A stretch of 64,000 nucleotides of DNA, from contig OZ241863.1 of the NCBI GenBank assembly GCA_965203055.1, positions 1,984,001-2,048,000 of the forward strand. The letters are read 5' to 3'. The DNA comes from Spirochaetia bacterium (GTDB lineage Bacteria > Spirochaetota > Spirochaetia > SZUA-6 > Bin103). Below are positions 18,066 through 30,710 of this stretch, piece by piece (the stretch's first letter is position 1; each line of letters begins with the position of its first letter). The notes beneath the pieces are model-generated. The model saw only the letters and a program-made list of their open reading frames with translations. It was not told the origin of the DNA and made no database searches. The translations under genes were made by a program, and so were the position numbers.

Positions 18066-21000
18066 GGGCGGCCCGGGAAGCAGGGGAAGCGGCCGGCCTG
18101 CCCGGCTGGGAGCGGCTGCGCCACGGCGGCTTGCTGTTCGACGGGACGCGGCTGGCGGAGTTGGCGGCCTTCGCGCCGCCGCCGCTCGACCCCTGGGCCG
18201 CCGGCCAGCTCCGCCAGCGCGCCACCGCATTCCTGAGCGGCGCGACCCCGGACGGCGGCGGCAGCGGCGGCGACCGGTCCGGCTTCGCCGCGTTCGTACT
18301 GGAACGAATCTGCGGCCTGGACGCCGCCGCCGGCGCGTGGACGCGCGGCAGCCGCGTGGCGCCCGCCTGGGGGCGGCGCGCCGTTACCGGCGAGATCGTC
18401 AAGCCGAACCACCTGTGGGAGGGCCGCCGCGGCGCGGCGCTGCCGGTGTTCCTGGACGGCGAGCGGCGCGTCGGCATCGGCCGCGGCCGCCGCCGCGTCA
18501 GTCAGGCGCTCGGCTGGCTGCGCGCCGGCGGCGATCACCTGGCGCTGGTGACCAACGGCCGCCAGTGGCGGCTGCTGTTCGCCGGGTTGGACTACGACGC
18601 CTGGTGCGAGTGGGACCTGGAGCTGTGGTTCGACGAGGGCGAACTGGCCCCGCAGCTCATGGCGCTGCGCACGCTGCTCAACGCCGCGCTGTGGACGCCG
18701 CCGGCCGAGGGCGCCGCGCCGCCGCTGCTGCAGGCGGTGCGCGACACGCGCAAGGGGCAGGCGGATCTCTCCGAGGTGCTCGGCGAGCGCGTCCGCGAAG
18801 CGGTCGAGATTCTGATCCGGGAGCACGGGGAGGCGCTGCGCGCGCTGGTCGTACCGCCGGCGGACTCCGGCGGCGGCGCGCCGGCGGCAGCCGCGCCGGC
18901 CGTCACGCCGGCCGAGGTGTACCGCGCCGCGTGCCGGGTGGCGATGCGGCTGGTGGTGATCCTGTTCGCCGAGTCGCGCGATCTGCTGCCGGGCGACAAC
19001 GCCGTCTACCATGACAGCTACGGGCTGGGCGGATTGCTGGAGCAGCTCGAACGCGCCGGCGGCCTGCCCGGGGACGGCTTCGCCGCCTGGCCGCGCGTGC
19101 TGGCGGCGGCTCCGCGAAGGTGGTCGGCAGCGGGGCGCAGGCGAGCTGGTCGGCCGGCCAGAACCAGCAGGCGCACCAGCGGTCCATCGCCTCTTTCAGC
19201 GACCGCCACGCCGGCGAGCCGATCAGGTCGTCCCGGTAGCGCCGGGCGCGCTCGGCGGCGTCCTGCACCGCCTGTTGCTCGATCACTGCCGCTGGGAATG
19301 GCTGTTCGGCATCGAAAACCGCGACAAGATTTTTCCAATTCACCGGAGCTACAAGTTCAATCCGATCATCGTGCAAAAGGGCGGAACCACCGAGGCGATC
19401 CGCGCCGCGTTCATGCGCCGCCGCCTCGACGACTGGGAGCACGCCGACGGCCTGGTCACCTCCTACCCGCGCGCGCAGGTGGAGCGCTTCAGTCCCAAGA
19501 GCCGCGCCATCCTCGAAATCCAGTCCCGCCGCGACCTGGAGATACTGGAGAAGATCTACGCCAACTCGGTGCTGCTCGGCGACGACGGCCCCGGCGGCTG
19601 GGGCATCCGCTACGCCACCGAGTTTCACATGACCGGCGACTCGCGTCTGTTCCCACCCCGCCCGCAGTGGGAGGCCAAAGGCTACCGCCCCGACGAATAC
19701 AGCCGCTGGCTGCTCGGCGACTGGCGTCCCATCGAGGACCTGTGGGCCGAACTGGGCATCGATCCATCCCGCCCGCAGCCACCCGAAATCGAACTCGAAG
19801 CCTGGCTGTTCGACACCTCCGCCGGCCCCGAACGCCGCGCTGCCGAAGCCCGCTTCCTCCACGGCCACCTGCTCAAACCCGGCGACGCCGCCCGCACCGA
19901 CTGGCGCCTGCGCTGCGCCCAACCGCCCTGTGACCGCCTCCCCCTCCCCCGCGCCGACCTCCCCGCCGGCATTATCCTCTCACGCGAGGGAGACGCCTGG
20001 ATTCGCGAAGAAGACATCCGCGACCTGGCGCTCCCCCTCTACGAGGGCCGCATGATCGGCCAATTCGACTTCAGCCAGAAGGGCTGGGTAAGCGGCAAAG
20101 GCCGCGGCGCCGTCTGGCGCGAAATCCCCTGGCACCAAAAGCAGATCGAACCCCAGTATCTGATGGCGTCTCTCGACTACAACTCGGCGGTCGGCTTGCC
20201 CGATCGCCCCAAGGCGCTGCATATGCGCATCGCCTCTGCCACCAACATGCGCACGGCTACCGCTTCGTTCGCCCATGGCATGCCTGCCGGCGACAAGGCT
20301 GCGGCGTTCTATACCAACAGCGTGCAACACACCCTGGTACTTACTGCCATACTGAATACCCTGGTATTCGATTTCGTCACCCGCTCACGACTCATCGGGC
20401 TGAATCTTGACTATCATGTACTGGAACAGAGTCCATTACCGATCATCGACAGTCCTCGTCTACATCAGGTCATTTCCGAAATCACCGTCCGACTCAACGC
20501 GAATCCAAGGTGGTTCGCTACCCAGCGATTCGAACTGAGTAACGGCGGCTCTCCGACCGTCGTATCGTCAGCGTCGAGCCATGCCGAGCGGGCGCGGCTG
20601 CTGGCCATGCTCAATGCGTTGGTAGCGGATCGGTATCGGATTACCAGCGGAGACATGCTTCGAGTCGTCGATAGCTGCGACCTTCCCATTGAGCGGCTAC
20701 GGAACCGGACGCAAGCGACCGGACTGGATCCCAAGGGTTTCTGGCGCGTAGATCAGGACATCGCACCGGAACTCCGCCACACGGTCCTTACGCTGATCGC
20801 CCTCCACGACCTAGAAGCTAAGATCGAAGCCGCCGGCGGAGACCGCGAGCAGGGCATCGAAGCCTTCCTCAACCAGAACGACGGTGAAGGCTGGCTGCTC
20901 CCCGAAACGCTCCGTCTCGCCGACTACGGCCTCGGCCACGATGACCGCGCCAAACACCATCAACCCGTTGCGGGCAGCCTCGGCCCCCGCTTCTACGACT

Positions 21001-21230
21001 GGCAACTCGCGCAGAGCGCGGACGAATCGCAGCGCGAATGCCGGCTTCACGCCCGCAACCTGCTCGGCGAGTTCCGCTACGAGTCGCTCCGCCGCGGCGG
21101 TCACCATCCAGCACTCGATGAGCAGCCGGAACGGCTGGTAGCCGAACGCGGCGCAAACTACGCAATCGATTCCGGCTCCGAAGAACAACCGGAACTGTTC
21201 GCCTCTGACGAAATGAGGAGGGCAACATGA
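18062..21230 (+). pseudogene. Type IIG/Eco57I-like (DrmMI-like) DNA methyltransferase, core deleted and internal piece inverted
   Basis: N-part (LVTNGRQWRL, MRLVVILFAESRDLLP) to about 19105; C-part (RWEWLFGIENRDKIFPIHRSYKF, EFHMTGDS, LPLYEGRMIGQFD) from about 19271; no DPAxGSG or NPP motif in either. Confidence 0.8.
19103..19270 (-). other. Inverted internal fragment, apparently of the same methyltransferase gene
   Basis: Minus strand reads VQDAAERARRYRDDLIGSPAWRSLKEAMDRWCACWFWPADQLACAPLPTTFAEPP, a segment typical of this MTase family. Confidence 0.7.
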
Positions 21231-21894
21231 CCTCCGCCGCTGGCAGTCGCGCGCTCGCTGAACGTCATCTCGATACCGTTGAGAACGCATCGACCGAAGC
21301 TGTCCTCCGGTGGCCCACGATCAACGCCAAGAACTGGCTTGCCGCGTTTCTCTCGCGAGCGCAACGCGATCCTAACGTAGTCATCGTCTTGCCATTGGAT
21401 CGGCAGTCAGGTCCGGCGTAGACTCCGACGATCTCGACCTGATCGCTTGCTGCCATGATGCAAGCCGCCTGCAAGAACGAGCGCCTATAGAAGTCGACCT
21501 GCGCGCGAAGAACCTGTCTGACGTGGACGAGGAAATAGCGCATGGCGGCGACCTTCTGAAATGGGCGGTGCGCTTCGGTGAGCCGCAATTGGACAAGAAC
21601 CACGCATGGGAAGCGATCGTCCGCCGTTGGGACGATCGTCTGCCGCTGCCCGATCCCGCCGTAGAGCGGAAACGTGCGGCCGCTGCCTGGCGGCACAGGG
21701 AACATATGCGCGACGTCGGCGACGAGGACGCCTTCAACGAGCTCAACGTCTCCTACCTGAGCCACTGCGCGCGCGCCCGGTTGGCGGCCGCGGGAATCCA
21801 CCCCGCGTCCCGCCCCGAACTTCCCGGCCAACTTCGAGCACTGGGTGAAACCGGTCTGGCTACCAGTCTCGAAGCCGCGCTGGCCAGGCGGTAG
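21227..21894 (+). pseudogene. Minimal nucleotidyltransferase with helical (HEPN-like) C-terminus, frameshifted about 21385
   Basis: Alternate frame gives AIGSAVRSGVDSDDLDLI (GS..DxD), continuous with ORF 21523..21894. Confidence 0.6.
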
Positions 21895-21903
21895 GGTACG
21901 TCG

Positions 21904-22946
21904 ATGTTCAACAGCGCCGCGCAGATGCTCGAACAGATTCGCGCCGCGGAGGACGGGCGCGCCGAATTCAAGGAGCTGCGCCTGAGCGGACGGCGGGTGA
22001 CCGCTCCTCATACCGAGGACTTGGCCGGCGAGTTGGTGGCGTTCGCGAATGCCGAGGGCGGCGCGGTCTTTCTTGGGGTCGACGACGCCGGAGCGGTGAT
22101 CGGCATTCCGGCCGACCGATTGGACGCCGTCGAGCAATGGCTGCTCAACATCGCGACGCACAATTGCGATCCTCCGATCCGGCCGGTGGTCCGCAAGGCG
22201 CTGCTGCCGGCGGCAAGCGGCGGCGACCGGCGCATTCTGCTGGTGGAGATTCCGCGCGGCATCTACGTCCATCGCACCTCGGGCGGGCGCTATTTCGTCC
22301 GCATCGGGTCCACGAAACGGGACCTGATCCCGGCGGAACTCGCCCGGCTCTTTCAACAGCGGGGACGCGAGTACGTGTTCGACGAGCAGCCGGTGCTCGC
22401 CGCGGCCGTGGAACACCTCAACCGCCACCGGCTCGAGGCGTTCTTCGGACGGTCGCCGACGATTCCCTGGCTCGACCTGCTGCGCAACACGCGGGTGACC
22501 GTGCGCGACGCCGACGGCGTGGACCGTCCGACCGTGGCCGGCCTGCTGGTGTTCGGGACCGAGCCGACCGACTTCCTGGCGTCGGGATCGATCGAAGCCG
22601 CCGACTACCGCGGCGCCCGGCTGTCATCCGACGACCTCATCCATGCCGAACGGATCGCCGCCTGTTCCTGTTCGCCGACCGGCTGGAGCTCTACAGCCCC
22701 GGCAAGCTGCCCAACACCATCACGCTCGACGACATGCCCTACCGCACCTTCACCCGCAACCAACTCCTGGTCAACTTCCTGTCGAGAATCCGCAGCAAGC
22801 GCACCGGCCAGGTATTCCTCGAATCGCGCGGCGAAGGCGTGCGCAAGATTCTCGACGCCGGCCACGCCCACTCCGGCCGCCGCCCGGAATACGCCCTGTT
22901 CGGCGACGAACTGCGCCTCACCCTGTGGGCGCGCGGCCCGCAATAG
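21904..22946 (+). pseudogene. AlbA_2/Schlafen-domain protein with RecG-C/HATPase-like C-terminus, internal deletion and frameshift about 22660
   Basis: EDGRAEFKE, ELVAFANAEGGAVFLGVDD; after the junction another frame reads LFADRLELYSPGKLPN..RNQLL..ESRGEGV. Confidence 0.8.
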
Positions 22947-23038
22947 CCGCCTGCCGCCGCTATACCCTGCCGTTCCCGCGGGCCGCCCGTCGTCCGTACC
23001 AGCTTGACGAACGGCGAGCAAGCACGGACGATCTCCAC

Positions 23039-23242
23039 ATGAACGCGGAAGCAATAGCGATTGTGGCCGTTGGCGTGACGCTGCCGGCGGTGCTGGTGCC
23101 GCTGCTGCTGTCGGTAAGTAGCAACGTGGCGGCGCTCCGCGCCGAAGTGCGAACGTTCCGCACGGAGGTTCGCTCCGACGCGGCGAACCTGGATCCGTTG
23201 TCGAGACTGGAGGAAGTGCGGCGATGCGAGCCGAAAGAGTGA
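23039..23242 (+). CDS. Small membrane-anchored coiled-coil protein fragment joined to an Rpn-like tail
   Basis: MNAEAIAIVAVGVTL..hydrophobic, LRAEVRTFRTEVRSD, then LDPLSRLEEVR. Confidence 0.45.
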   Translation: MNAEAIAIVAVGVTLPAVLVPLLLSVSSNVAALRAEVRTFRTEVRSDAANLDPLSRLEEVRRCEPKE

Positions 23243-24165
23243 GGGAATGGACCGCGCCGTGGGTCGCCGAAGGACGTGAGCAGGGCCTGAAGGAGGGTAT
23301 CGAACACGGTATCGAGCAGGGTCGCGCCGAAGAACGCAGGCTGCTGTGCCGCTTGGCAGCGCGGAAGTTCACGACGGAAACGGCACCGCGGTTGTCCGCC
23401 GTGTTGGATCATCTGTCCGACCCGAAGCGCCTGGCTCAGGTCGGCGACTGGATCATCGAGTGCGAGACCGAAGAAGAACTGCTCGACCGTGCGGGACGAG
23501 GTCACGTACAACAGACCCCAGGCCGGCAGCGACCGCCAATTCCGGTCACTTCGCGTCGGGCTCTGAGTTCCCGCATGCGCTCGATATTCGCGTTGGATTC
23601 GGTCGCGAGTCTGAAGCGGATGTCGGCGCTGCTGAAAGACGAGAAGATGTTGCGCGCTGCGTGGGCCGAGGAAGGCTATGAGCAGGGCGTGAAGGACGGC
23701 ATCGAGCAAGGTGTCGAGCAGGCGCGGGCCGAAGAACGCAGGCTGCTGTGCCGCATGACGGCGCGGAAGTTCACGGACACGCCGCCGCGGTTGTCCGCAC
23801 TGCTGCAGCGATTATCCGATCCGGAGCGATTGGCGCTGGTTGGCGAGTGGATCATCGAGTGCGAAACCGAGGAAGAACTGCTCGCCCGCGTAAATGACGC
23901 GGAACACCATGAGCGCGGCTTGAAGGAAGGCATCGAACAGGGCCGAGCCGAAGAACGCAAGCTGCTTTGCCGCTTGGCGGCGCGGAAATTTCGCACAAAA
24001 ACGCCGCCGCCGCTGTTGTCCGCCGTGTTGGAACATCTGTCCGATCCCGAACACTTGGCACTGGTCGGCGACTGGATCATCGAGTGCCAAACCGAAGGAG
24101 AACTGCTCAGCCAGATAGAGGACGTGCTCCCACAGAGAGGCCGCCCGCGCATCAGCGGCCGCTGA
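23224..24165 (+). CDS. Three tandem Rpn C-terminal (RpnS/DUF4351-like) modules without nuclease domain
   Basis: Three copies of EG(I)EQG..EER.LLCR.AARKF....LS..L..LSDP..LA.VG.WIIEC.TE.ELL; GGAGG upstream of ATG 23224. Confidence 0.75.
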   Translation: MRAERVREWTAPWVAEGREQGLKEGIEHGIEQGRAEERRLLCRLAARKFTTETAPRLSAVLDHLSDPKRLAQVGDWIIECETEEELLDRAGRGHVQQTPGRQRPPIPVTSRRALSSRMRSIFALDSVASLKRMSALLKDEKMLRAAWAEEGYEQGVKDGIEQGVEQARAEERRLLCRMTARKFTDTPPRLSALLQRLSDPERLALVGEWIIECETEEELLARVNDAEHHERGLKEGIEQGRAEERKLLCRLAARKFRTKTPPPLLSAVLEHLSDPEHLALVGDWIIECQTEGELLSQIEDVLPQRGRPRISGR

Positions 24166-24189
24166 CGTCAATCACGGCCCCGGCCGCCC

Positions 24190-24477
24190 TCACTCGGCGG
24201 CGCCGGCGCCGTTGTCGTCGAGCTGCTGCTTGAGGCGCCGGAAGGCGGCCTCGTCGATACCGGTCGCCGCCTCGATGGTCGACCACGGGACATCGCGGCC
24301 CAGCAATCCCTGGGCGGCTTGCAACCGACCCCTCAGTTCGCCTTCCTGGCGACCTTCCTGGCGACCTTCCTGGCGACCTTCCTGGCGGCCTTCCTGACGG
24401 CCTTGCTCGACCATCCGTTCCACGTTGACCATACCTTCCCGGCGGCCCTGCTCGACCATCCGTTCCACGTAGTTCAT
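24190..24477 (-). CDS. Intragenic small Rpn product (RpnS-type antitoxin), in-frame internal start
   Basis: GGAGGAG RBS 5 nt before the in-frame ATG at 24477 (…RGGELMNYVERM…). Confidence 0.7.
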   Translation of the reverse strand: MNYVERMVEQGRREGMVNVERMVEQGRQEGRQEGRQEGRQEGRQEGELRGRLQAAQGLLGRDVPWSTIEAATGIDEAAFRRLKQQLDDNGAGAAE

Positions 24478-25263
24478 CAGTTCTCCTCCACGGCCCGGCA
24501 CGTTGCGGCGTAGCACCTCCCCGAACGCCGGATGCCGTTCCTCCGGCTGCGCCGCCAGCACGTACTCCACGTGCAGCGCCACCGCGTCGAACCCGTCGAC
24601 GCGGTACATCCTTCCCATCAACCGCGACGCCTGTTCCAGCAACTCCTCCCACCTCTCGCGGAACGTGGCCATCATCGTGAGCTGCGCCAACCGCGTTCCC
24701 ACCGACCCCTCCACCGTCTCCGGGTTCTGCCGCGTCTGGTCGATCAGCAGGTGCTCGAACCGCGGCACCCAGCCCCAGTCCGGCTCCGCCCCCGCAACCA
24801 GCTCCGCGAACTGCCGATCATGCCGCCACGGCTCCGCTCCCTGATAGAATACCACCGGCACGATCAGCGGCAACTGCGGCTCGTTCTCGTGCTCCCGGTG
24901 CCACCTCATCCAGGCCATCAGGCAGTAGTTCAGCAACCGCAGCCGTATCCACCGGTCCGGCGTGGATTGATGTTCGAGCAGCACGTAGACGAGCACCGGC
25001 GGGCCGGAATCCTGCTGCTCGACCGAGAACAGAAGGTCGGCCTCCCGGCCGCGCCAGTCGTCGCTGACGAAGCGGCCAGGCACGTGGGTAAGGGTGGACC
25101 ACCGCAGCGTTCGGGCGATCTCCTGCGGAAGGCAGGGGCGCAACAAGCCGGCGGCGTTCCTGGTATCGGAGAACACGCTGTAGAAGTACTTGTCGTGCGG
25201 ATGGATGATCGGCGTTTCCGCCGCGGCGGACTCCGGTCGGTCCGGCGTCTGATCGTCTGCCAT
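24190..25263 (-). CDS. Rpn family recombination-promoting nuclease (PD-(D/E)XK, Transposase_31)
   Basis: HPHDKYF, EADLLFSV, YVLLEHQSTPDRW, LPLIVPVVFYQG, C-terminal EGRQ repeats. Confidence 0.92.
   Translation of the reverse strand: MADDQTPDRPESAAAETPIIHPHDKYFYSVFSDTRNAAGLLRPCLPQEIARTLRWSTLTHVPGRFVSDDWRGREADLLFSVEQQDSGPPVLVYVLLEHQSTPDRWIRLRLLNYCLMAWMRWHREHENEPQLPLIVPVVFYQGAEPWRHDRQFAELVAGAEPDWGWVPRFEHLLIDQTRQNPETVEGSVGTRLAQLTMMATFRERWEELLEQASRLMGRMYRVDGFDAVALHVEYVLAAQPEERHPAFGEVLRRNVPGRGGELMNYVERMVEQGRREGMVNVERMVEQGRQEGRQEGRQEGRQEGRQEGELRGRLQAAQGLLGRDVPWSTIEAATGIDEAAFRRLKQQLDDNGAGAAE
24341..24410. repeat. 12-nt tandem coding repeat (EGRQ)n
   Basis: ccttcctggcga repeated. Confidence 0.9.
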
Positions 25264-25277
25264 GATACCCGGCGGAG

Positions 25278-25306
25278 AACGTAGCCGCGCGATACTCCGG
25301 CGTCAA
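25278..25306 (-). promoter_or_regulatory. Sigma70-like promoter of rpn, TTGACG-17-TACGTT
   Basis: -35 at 25301-25306, -10 at 25278-25283. Confidence 0.5.
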
Positions 25307-25360
25307 GCCGGTGCCGGGCGGCGGCGAATCGCGCCGATCGTCACCCTGGCACTTCTGCGG

Positions 25361-25437
25361 CTAGCTCCGGGCCAACTCCCGGCTTACGAGCGCGAGGAAG
25401 CTCTCAAGCGAGTCGACGCCGGAAAGCCACTGGCCGA
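25361..25437 (-). pseudogene. Detached 3' end of the prokaryotic E2 family E gene
   Basis: Reads GQWLSGVDSLESFLALVSRELARS*, the natural continuation of WQRWSRHF at 32202. Confidence 0.75.
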
Positions 25438-25664
25438 TGTTCAGCGACAATCAAGATGAGAATGCAGCGACAATCAAGATGAGAACGCGCGAGTAGGGCG
25501 GCGGCCTCCGACAGAGGAGGATCGGAGGGGCCGCCGGTGGCGGCGGGAGGGCGTAGCCCGACCGTAGCCGCCGGCGCGTGGGCGGCGCTCCGCGTGGGGG
25601 CTTCGCAGTCGGTGATCGTGGCCGGCCCGGCGTTTGATAGGGTGCTCCGAGATTTCACCCGTAA

Positions 25665-28084
<2,420 letters not shown>

Positions 28085-28087
28085 CCG

Positions 28088-28375
28088 ATGGCGTTGACCA
28101 ACGCAGCACGCCAGCGCCGCTATCGCGCGCGCCGCAAGGCCGAGGCCCGCCAAGTACAGTACCGCAAGCCGCACGACCGCCGGTCGCGCCCGCAACGCTG
28201 GCAGGATGCGGTGCGCACCCTGCGCGACCTCCAGGACGAGTACCAGGCTTGGCTCGACAACCTGCCCGACCCGCTTCGGGAATCCGCGCTCGGCGCCAAG
28301 CTGGAGGCGATCTGCGAGCTTGATCTGGCTGACCTGGAGAGCATCGAGCCGCCGCTCGGCTACGGCCGCGACTGA
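28088..28375 (+). CDS. Small IS21-associated protein with basic N-terminus, putative DNA-binding
   Basis: MALTNAARQRRYRARRK...LQDEYQAWLDNLP...PPLGYGRD; a degraded second copy at 31842-31930. Confidence 0.7.
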   Translation: MALTNAARQRRYRARRKAEARQVQYRKPHDRRSRPQRWQDAVRTLRDLQDEYQAWLDNLPDPLRESALGAKLEAICELDLADLESIEPPLGYGRD

Positions 28376-28687
28376 CGGAACCGCCTGCGGCGAGCAGCGC
28401 AGCAGCAGCCGGTCAGCGGTCCGTTACGTAACGCTGCTCAATAGCCGATGGGTGTTGGATCCCACATTAAGTCGTTGGAAAGGCAAGCTATCTGCTCAGA
28501 TTGATCCGTTGACGGATCGCCTGGGATAGGGGGCGAATGCGGTCAGGATTAGCTGGCCGCAGGGCCGAGAGTCGGAGGGGGCGCCACGCCGGGTGCCTTG
28601 AGGTCCGTGGGTCGGGTATCCTTGGCCGAGACCCACCCGTAAGGAGAAAGAGGCCCGCGCGGGAAGCACCCCGCCGGGCCGTGACCG

Positions 28688-29314
28688 GTGCAACTTCGCT
28701 ACCAAACGGGCCTCACCGGTGAGCAATACGTTAGCACCGCAGCGTGGCGCGACGCAAGGCTCGACCGGTGCCCCCTTCATCCCCGCCGCGGCAGCTGCTC
28801 GCTGGCGCGCCACGGCACCTACCGGCGCAAGAAGCCGGCCGGCGCGCTGATCGCCCGCTGGTACTGTCCGCAGAGTCACACCACCTTCAGCCTGCTGCCC
28901 GACTGCCTGGCGGCGCGGCTGCCCGGAACGCTCCAGGAGCTGGAAGCGGTGGTCGCGCACGCCGAGCAGGCGGCGAGTCTGATGCAGGCCGCCGACCAGG
29001 TGCGCGGCGACGGCATCGAACTGCCCGGCGCCATGCGCTGGCTGCGCCGCCGCGTGCGCCTGGTCCGGCAGGTGCTGCGGGTGGTGATCGGCTTGCTGCC
29101 GCAGCATCTCGCCGGCTGCCGCCCCGAACTGACCGCCTGCCGCCCGCGGCTCGCCAGCAACGCGGCGCTGGTAGCGCTACGCTCGCTGGCCGCCCCGTGG
29201 CTGCCGGCGCTGCCGGCGCCGCTCGGATTCCGCCCCCAGCGCAGCGCTGCCGACCATCCCAATTGCGCCGCCCAACACCATCCGGGGCCTGTTCCTCGGG
29301 CTCCGCCGCGGTAG
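28688..29314 (+). CDS. Transposon accessory Cys/His (putative Zn-binding) protein
   Basis: CPLH..CSLARHGTYRRK...RWYCP..HTTFSLLPDCLA. Confidence 0.75.
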   Translation: MQLRYQTGLTGEQYVSTAAWRDARLDRCPLHPRRGSCSLARHGTYRRKKPAGALIARWYCPQSHTTFSLLPDCLAARLPGTLQELEAVVAHAEQAASLMQAADQVRGDGIELPGAMRWLRRRVRLVRQVLRVVIGLLPQHLAGCRPELTACRPRLASNAALVALRSLAAPWLPALPAPLGFRPQRSAADHPNCAAQHHPGPVPRAPPR

Positions 29315-29366
29315 CTTGTGCCCCATCACCGGGTCACCTGACCCCGTACCTCAAGGAGACCGATCC

Positions 29367-30710
29367 ATGCCTGATGCCGATCCCGACCTGCGCCACGAGA
29401 TAGCGCTGTTCCGCTACGGCCTGATCTTCGAAGTGGCCCAACTGCCGCTCGGCTCTCCCGGCATCGGCGCCCAGTTGCGCGCCAAGGCCGAGCAGAACCA
29501 CATCATCCCCGGCTCGCACCGTACCCGCGTGGCCGCAGAGACCCTGCGCGATTGGCTGCACCGCTATCGCCTTGGCGGCTTCGATGCCCTGTACCCCAAG
29601 CCGCGCGCCGACCGCGGCCTGCCGCGGCGGCTGCCGCCCGAAGCCGCCGAGTTGCTGCTGGCGATCAAGACCGAGCATCCCGCCTGGTCAGTGCGCCAGG
29701 TCATCAAGCACGCCACCGCCAGCGGCCAGCTCCCCGCCGGCGTGCGGCTCGCGCGCTCCACCGTGCACCGCCTGCTGCACGCCGAGGGGCTGATGCACCC
29801 GCCCGGCGCCGCCGCAGACGCCGCCGACCGCCGCCGCTTCAGCTTCCGCTACGCCGGCCAGTTGTGGATGAGCGACGTCATGCACGGCCCCTCCGTCGCC
29901 GACGGACGCCGCCGCCGCAAGAGCTACCTCATCGCCTTTCTCGACGACGCCACCCGCCTGTGTCCCTTCGCCGCCTTCGCCCATGGCGAGAACACCGCCT
30001 CCTTCCTGCCGGTGTTCAAGCAGGCACTGATCCGCCGCGGCCTGCCGCAACGCCTGTACGTCGACAACGGCGCCAACTATCGCTCCCAACAACTGGCCCT
30101 GGTCTGCGCCAAGCTCGGTATCGCCCTGCTCCACGCACGCCCCTATCAGCCGCAGGGCAAAGGCAAGATCGAACGCTTCTTCCGCACCCTGCGCGCCCAG
30201 TTGCTTGCCTCCCTCGCTCCGCCCGACACCGCCACTCTCGAGACTCTCAACCGCCGCCTGTGGGCCTACCTTGAAGGCGAATACCACCACTCCCCCCATC
30301 GCGGCCTGGACGGCAACACCCCCCTCGAACAGTGGGCGCTGAGCGCCGCTGAGGTCCGCTACCCCGAAACCGCCCTCGACCTGGATGATCTGTTCCTGTT
30401 CGAGGCCAAGCGCCGCGTCATGAACGACCGCACCGTCAGCCTCCATGGCCGCGTCTACGAAGTCGATCCGCTGCTGGTCGGCCGCACCGTCACCTTGCGC
30501 TACGATCCCGCCGCGCCGCCCAGCCGACCGCTGCAGGTGCTCCACGCCGGCGCCGCCGCCGGGCAGGCCACCATCCTCAACGCCTACGCCAACGCCTTCG
30601 TCAAGCGCGCCCGCCCCTCCCGCCACCTCGAACCCGACGCTCCCGCGCCCCAGCCGCCGCCCTCGCCGCTGGCCCTGCGCCACCTCCACCGCAACCAGGA
30701 GAACGACTGA
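29367..30710 (+). CDS. Mu-like DDE transposase/integrase (HTH, rve, Mu C-terminal)
   Basis: LWMSDVMHG, AFLDDATR, LYVDNGANY, PQGKGKIERFF; RBS AAGGAG. Confidence 0.93.
   Translation: MPDADPDLRHEIALFRYGLIFEVAQLPLGSPGIGAQLRAKAEQNHIIPGSHRTRVAAETLRDWLHRYRLGGFDALYPKPRADRGLPRRLPPEAAELLLAIKTEHPAWSVRQVIKHATASGQLPAGVRLARSTVHRLLHAEGLMHPPGAAADAADRRRFSFRYAGQLWMSDVMHGPSVADGRRRRKSYLIAFLDDATRLCPFAAFAHGENTASFLPVFKQALIRRGLPQRLYVDNGANYRSQQLALVCAKLGIALLHARPYQPQGKGKIERFFRTLRAQLLASLAPPDTATLETLNRRLWAYLEGEYHHSPHRGLDGNTPLEQWALSAAEVRYPETALDLDDLFLFEAKRRVMNDRTVSLHGRVYEVDPLLVGRTVTLRYDPAAPPSRPLQVLHAGAAAGQATILNAYANAFVKRARPSRHLEPDAPAPQPPPSPLALRHLHRNQEND

Noticed and set aside
24341..24410. Short tandem repeats as a CRISPR array
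   Set aside because: No spacers; ordinary EGRQ coding repeat of Rpn; no cas genes in the window
25262..25459. Plus-strand peptide EREEALKRVDAGKPLADV resembling a resolvase HTH
   Set aside because: The antisense strand encodes the E2 C-terminus, which fits the IS insertion geometry better
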